A DNA stretch of 15,823 bases from Octopus sinensis (taxonomy: Eukaryota). How positions within the stretch are numbered: the stretch's first letter is position 1; every line of letters begins with the position of its first letter. The notes under the pieces are model-generated. The model did not search any database, had not been told where the DNA came from, and saw only the letters and a program-made list of their open reading frames with translations. Shown piece after piece: positions 11,315 through 15,823 of this stretch. The translations under genes and the position numbers were made by a program. The stretch lies in the NCBI RefSeq assembly GCF_006345805.1, contig NW_021825314.1, positions 1 through 15,823 on the forward strand, given 5' to 3'.

Positions 11315-11341
11315 AGTTCTAATGAATTAGAATACAGAGGG

Positions 11342-13351
11342 TTACTTACTGCTCGAAAGTTTTTGCTTTCTCCTCCTTTTGGTTTGTCCTCGAAAGATCC
11401 CAGTACAGTTTCTTTGTGAGATATTTTTGGCATTTACCAACCGCACTGGGGAAAATGCCTTTGAGTGTGTGGTGCAGACTTTTGGAGATGTGTAATATTT
11501 TGATGTGGTCTGGTGGTGTTGTGTATGGGTGTTTGTTTGTTTTATGTCATCTTCTGTTATGTTTGTTTTTGATTGGATGTATTCCATCAAATTTGTGTTT
11601 TTGGTGTCTATGGCTGTGAGCATGTTTGCTGTATATGTTTTTGTGGTGTTGGTGTGGCTGTTGTTTGCGTTGGGTTTTGAAATGTCTTCGGGAGATGTAT
11701 TTCCCCCTGCTTTGTTCGTGTTTGCATTTGGTTTGGTTGTGTTTTTCTGCTCTTTATTTTCCTTCTTTTTGTAGCTATTTGCCATTCCTCACTGGTTTCG
11801 TCTTCCGACGAAATTTCTGAGGAATCAGAAGGGGGTAGGGGTATGTTGTGGGCTTCTATGTATGTCTGTGTAAGTGGTTGTGTTGTTGTTTTCGTTGTTG
11901 TTGGTTGTTGAGTGTTTGTGTGTGTTGAGTGCGGTATAAGGGATGGGGGATCAGTTTGTGTGTGTTTTTCTCTTTGTTTTTCTGTTCCTTTGGGTTTTGC
12001 TGTTGATGGTGGTGTTGGTATTTTTTCAGGTGTCGAGTGGTTTTTGGTTGATGACGGATTAGCTTGGTGTGCTTCTCTTGTCGTCTTCTGTGTTGATGGT
12101 GGTGTGGGTAGTAGAGCTTTTTTTCCGGAGTGCTTTGGTTGTGGTAGTGGTTTGTTGTTGTTGCTCTTGGTGTGCAGTGGTTGGGCACGTCTTTTTCAAG
12201 TGTGTTTCGCTTCCACACAAATAGCAGCGTGGTCGCCTGCCCTCTACCACTATATAGAGTTTGTAGCCTCCTGGCAGTTCTATAGCGGTGGGTATCTTCT
12301 CTTCTCTCTGCTTCATCCAATTGAAGCAGGAATTCGATTGATTTGCCCACATAGTCTTTCTCTCCTAGAACCGCGATTTCCAGGATGTTTGTCTCTGACA
12401 TTGTCTCTGACATTTCAAAGCAGATGGCAGAGACCAACCATTGTGTTTCGACATCAAATGTATGTTTTTTTTATTTGGACTTTCGTGACCCTTTGTTTAA
12501 ATAGACTGGTATCATTACCAAGTCGTCCGAATGCAGCTCCAATGTGGAAAAACGTTTTGCTAAACTTTCGTTGAGGAAACGTACTTGGACTGTACCAAAT
12601 TTGTTTCCCCCACTGATATATTCCTTGGAGTCCCATACAGGACGAAGGCATTTATCGATTTTTTCCTGCGGTGCATTTTCTGTTCTTCTTGTTTTTTTGT
12701 TTATTACTTTATAAATTATTGTTTTTTTTGTGTGTTTTCCACGATGTGTTGTGGAATATGAAGGTGCAATTTGTCTCCTTCTTTGGAGAAGAGTGCCTTT
12801 GTGCGGTTTATCTCTTGTGTGGTGAATGTTACAATTGTTCTTTTTTGTTTTGTTACGTCCGCAAAATTCGTTTTGAATTTGGCAGTAGAAGTTTAATTGT
12901 GGCAGTGTTAATTGAAGTCATGGTAGTGGTGTTGGTGTTGGCGGTATTAGCAGCAGAAGGCTTGGATGTAGCATTTGACGTCGTAGTAGTGTGGTGTTGT
13001 GTTGCGGTGTTGTCTTTGGTAGGCGGCTTTGTGCCAATTTCGTTGTTGTTGTTGTTGGTGGTGATGGTGGTGGTGCTGGCATTCATGTTTTCGTTTGTAT
13101 TCATTTTTGAAATCCCTTTCTCTGTCCCTTTATCATCAACAAGGTGTGGGGAGTGAGGGGAAATCTAAGTTAATGTCTTTGGTCGCGGCGATGGTGAATG
13201 CGACGTTAGATTTGTTGTTGTTGTTGTTTGGTGGTGGTGATGGTGGTGACAGCGTGTTCACGCTGCGATGTTTAGCAGCTAGTGGTAGCAATAGTGTTTT
13301 GCTACCGTTCTGCATGACTGGCGGGCTAGCCACGTGGTTTCTAGTTGCCAT
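11342..13351 (-). pseudogene. LINE ORF1 (gag-like nucleic-acid-binding protein with CCHC knuckle; frameshifted)
   Basis: ATG at 13351 (MATRNHVASPP...). C-x2-C-x4-H-x4-C knuckle CYLCGSETHLKKTC at 12185-12226. T/N/Q/K-rich low-complexity flanks. Ends just upstream of the ORF2 ATG. Confidence 0.8.
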
Positions 13352-13500
13352 TTTCAAAATGAAAAATGGCTAAAAACCCACGAAAGTTTTGAAAGTTTTT
13401 TTGTAATTTCGCCCATACAGGGGCGGAATTCTACGTGAATAATTCTCAGGTTTTTTAGTGAATGAACTTGCACAACGATTAAAACAAAATATTTGACAAC

Positions 13501-13604
13501 AGATAGATAGACAGTAAGACAGACAGACAGATATAGATAGATATGGTTGGATAGATAGATAGATGGATAGATAGATGGACAGATAGATAGATAGATAAAA
13601 ACAC

Positions 13605-13673
<69 letters not shown>

Positions 13674-13732
13674 TGCTTGGATAGATAGATAGATAGATAG
13701 ATATATAGATAGACAGACAGAGAGAGAGAGAG
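13501..13732. repeat. (GATA)n microsatellite, right flank of the LINE
   Basis: Starts at the LINE 5' end and shares variant units with the left flank. Confidence 0.95.
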
Positions 13733-13781
13733 GCAGAAGTGGAAAGAGAAGAATAGTATGTGTGTCTACAAATAGCCAATA

Positions 13782-13796
13782 AGCAGCAGCAGTAAC

Positions 13797-13835
<39 letters not shown>

Positions 13836-13836
13836 A

Positions 13837-13887
<51 letters not shown>

Positions 13888-14250
13888 CAGCGGCAGCAGC
13901 AGCAGATGAAGAAGAAGAAGAAGAAGATGACGACGACGACGATGGTTATGATGAAGATGAAGATGGTGATGATGGTGATGAAGATGATGATGTTGATGAA
14001 GATGATGATGATGAAGATGATAATGATGATGAAGATGATGATGATGAAAATGATGATGATGAAGAAGAAGATGATGATGATGAAGATGATAATGATGATG
14101 AAGATGATGATGATGAAAATGATGATGATGAAGAAGAATGATGAATGAAGAAGAAAGAAGAAGAAGAAGAAGAAGAAAGAAGAAGAAGAAGAAGCAGAAG
14201 TGGTGGTGGTGGTGGTGGTGGTGGTGGTAGTGCTGCTAGTGGTGATAGTG
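13782..14250. repeat. Compound trinucleotide microsatellite (GCA)(GTA)(GCA)(GAA)(GAC/GAT)(GAA)(GGT) with a 69-bp internal duplication
   Basis: Visible. 14001-14069 is repeated at 14070-14138. Confidence 0.9.
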
Positions 14251-14631
14251 TTGGAGTATCGTTGCTTAAACGCATCCATTCTGTTTCTCCAAACTTCCCA
14301 ATCTTGGGGTTTTTTTCCCCAGCATCAGAATTTTCCTTCTTTGTATTGGCCATTCCACCCCCACCGCCTCCGTCCCATTCAGACTCTTCCTCGTCACCTT
14401 TTGCCACCCAGTCCGAAACTGGGAGAGGCATATCTTTTAGCTTTGTTCTGTTGGCCTTCTTTTCGCCGTTCTGTCGTGCTTTTCTGTGGCCTTTGAGGAC
14501 GGTGAGGCTCATACTCATTTTGTTCGTGTTGCTTGAAACTTTTGCGATGTTGTTGTAGGTGCTGCTTCTATTCTTGAAACTGGCGCTGCGGCCTTTTTGT
14601 TTTTTGGAGCGGTTGCATGTTGTTATTAATA
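14250..14631 (-). pseudogene. Relic of the C-terminal part of ORF1 of a second, related LINE
   Basis: DMPLPVSD...DEEESE and (shifted frame) VEWPIQRRK parallel NIPLPPSD...EDETSEEWQIATKRRK near 11760-11850 in the main ORF1. Confidence 0.55.
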
Positions 14632-14978
14632 AAGGGGTAAAGACCCCGTTCGGTCATGAATGACCATGGGATTGCACCTAGAAAGTTACCTTCCGAGGTA
14701 CAAGTCCTGGCAGTGTTGTTTATGGAAGACCAGCAGTCGCCCATGCATACCGGCCTCTCCTCTCCACGCCACCAGTGTTATCCAAGGGAAAGGCAAAGGG
14801 GCCGATACAGCTTGGCACCAGTGACGTCGCAACTCATTTCTACAGCTGAGTGAACTGGAGCAACGTGAAATAAAGTGCCTTGCTCAAGAACACAACACGC
14901 AGCACGGCCGGGATTCGAGCTCACAACCTCACGATCGTAAGCTCGACGCTCTAACCACTGAGCCATGCGCCTTCACAC
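14632..14978 (-). mobile_element. tRNA-derived SINE family B, full length, 7-bp TSD
   Basis: Head GAAGGCGCATGGCTCAGTGGTTAGAGCG, B-box GAGCTCGAATCCC, CORE-like GTGTTCTTGAGCAAGGCACTT. Flanked by ATTAATA at 14625-14631 and 14979-14985. Confidence 0.85.
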
Positions 14979-15012
14979 ATTAATACTGTTATAGATATTT
15001 GTCGTTGCTGTT

Positions 15013-15595
15013 TGTTTGTTTGTTTGTTTGTTTGTTTGTTGAGCGAAGCGGTCGTCCCAGAATGGGAGAAGTCCGAAACGTAGTCCTTTGCTATTCGTAA
15101 GACCCGCAGAAGAGAAAGCAGGTCAACCCCCGACACCGAGAGCATCGACGGATGGCTGAATGTGCATCCAGGCTCAGCGGTTGCGTAGGAAGTCGGGGAC
15201 AAGAAACAGGAAGAATGAGTGAGAGAAAGTTGGAGCGAAAGAGTACAACAGGGGTCGCCACCAACCCCCTGCCGGAGCCTCGTGGAGCTTGAGGTGTTTT
15301 CGCTCAATTAACACACACAACGCCCGGTCTGGGAATCGAAACCACGATCCTCCGACCGCGTGTCCGCTGCCCTAACCACTGGGTAGGATGTCGGGGACAA
15401 GAAACAGGAAGAAAGAGTGAGAGAAAGTTGGAGCGAAAGAGTACAACAGGGGTCGCCACCACCCCCTGCCGGAGCCTCGTGGAGCTTGAGGTGTTTTCGC
15501 TCAATAAACACACACAACGCCCGGTCTGGGAATCGAAACCGCGATCCTCCGACCGCGAGTCCGCTGCCCTAACCACTGGGCCATTGCGCCTACAC
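15013..15595 (-). mobile_element. tRNA-derived SINE family C with ~197-bp internal tandem duplication, (AAAC)n tail, 14-bp TSD
   Basis: Head GGCGCAATGGCCCAGTGGTTAGGGCAG, B-box GGTTTCGATTCCC. 15185-15382 duplicates 15383-15579. TSD TTGTCGTTGCTGTT at 14999-15012 and 15596-15609. Confidence 0.88.
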
Positions 15596-15823
15596 TTGTC
15601 GTTGCTGTTGTTGTTCTTGCTGTCGTTAATGACTTTGTGGTGATGGTAGTGGTGGGGACCTTGTTTCTGCAGTCACCTTCTTTTGCATTTGGGGGAAATG
15701 GCTCCCAATTGATCGCTGCTACCACAATCATTGAAACCAGGTCTCTTGTTCTCCACTATTAACTGTAGCTGCTGCTCTCCCCTGTGTCTTTATTAGATTA
15801 GGGATTCTGTCCAGATTGTCAGG
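15596..15823 (-). pseudogene. Relic of the zinc-knuckle region of ORF1 of the second LINE (continues beyond window)
   Basis: DRIPNLIKTQG / LQLIVENKRPGFNDCGSSDQLGAISP aligns with EKIPTAIELPGG / LYIVVEGRRPRCYLCGSETHLKKTCP of the main ORF1; the second segment aligns without gaps. Confidence 0.65.

Larger units (their letters stand above)
7465..13500 (-). mobile_element. Apparently full-length non-LTR retrotransposon (LINE), L1/Tx1-like
   Basis: Two-ORF architecture (CCHC ORF1; APE-RT-CCHC ORF2), 5' UTR ~13352-13500, 3' UTR 7465-7865 ending AATAAAGAAGAAC, and GATA repeats abutting both ends. Clade assigned from motifs, not from a phylogeny. Confidence 0.9.

Noticed and set aside
11416-13373. Hydrophobic plus-strand ORFs that look like membrane proteins
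   Set aside because: Antisense of the A/C-rich ORF1, which gives V/L/F/C-rich translations.
13479-14279. 266-aa ORF and acidic poly-D/E ORF
   Set aside because: Pure microsatellite translations.
14900-14978. tRNA gene
   Set aside because: tRNA-like A/B boxes continue into a SINE body with a TSD, and there is no poly-T terminator after the tRNA-like part. The other SINE heads are likewise not called as tRNA genes.

Overview
Repeat-dense eukaryotic (animal) DNA with no recognisable host gene. The SINE heads resemble those I recall from octopus/cephalopod genomes; this host call is unverified. The centrepiece is an apparently full-length ~6.0 kb non-LTR retrotransposon of the L1/Tx1 type on the minus strand (~13500->7465). 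It has a 5' UTR, ORF1 with a CCHC knuckle, ORF2 with APE endonuclease + reverse transcriptase + C-terminal CCHC, and a structured 3' UTR; both ORFs are frameshifted. It sits inside a (GATA)n microsatellite. Its last ~50 nt, including a GCCC-N5-GGGC hairpin followed by AATAAA, are shared with the 3' tail of the most abundant tRNA-type SINE here (family A). This suggests a Tx1-LINE/SINE partner pair, possibly microsatellite-targeting. Family A also forms a 184-bp head-to-tail array, and one copy carries an alternative tail. At the right end is a decayed ORF1 of a second related LINE, split by two SINEs with clear target-site duplications. The rest is three further SINE families and many microsatellites; most ORFs in the supplied track are simple-repeat or antisense artefacts.
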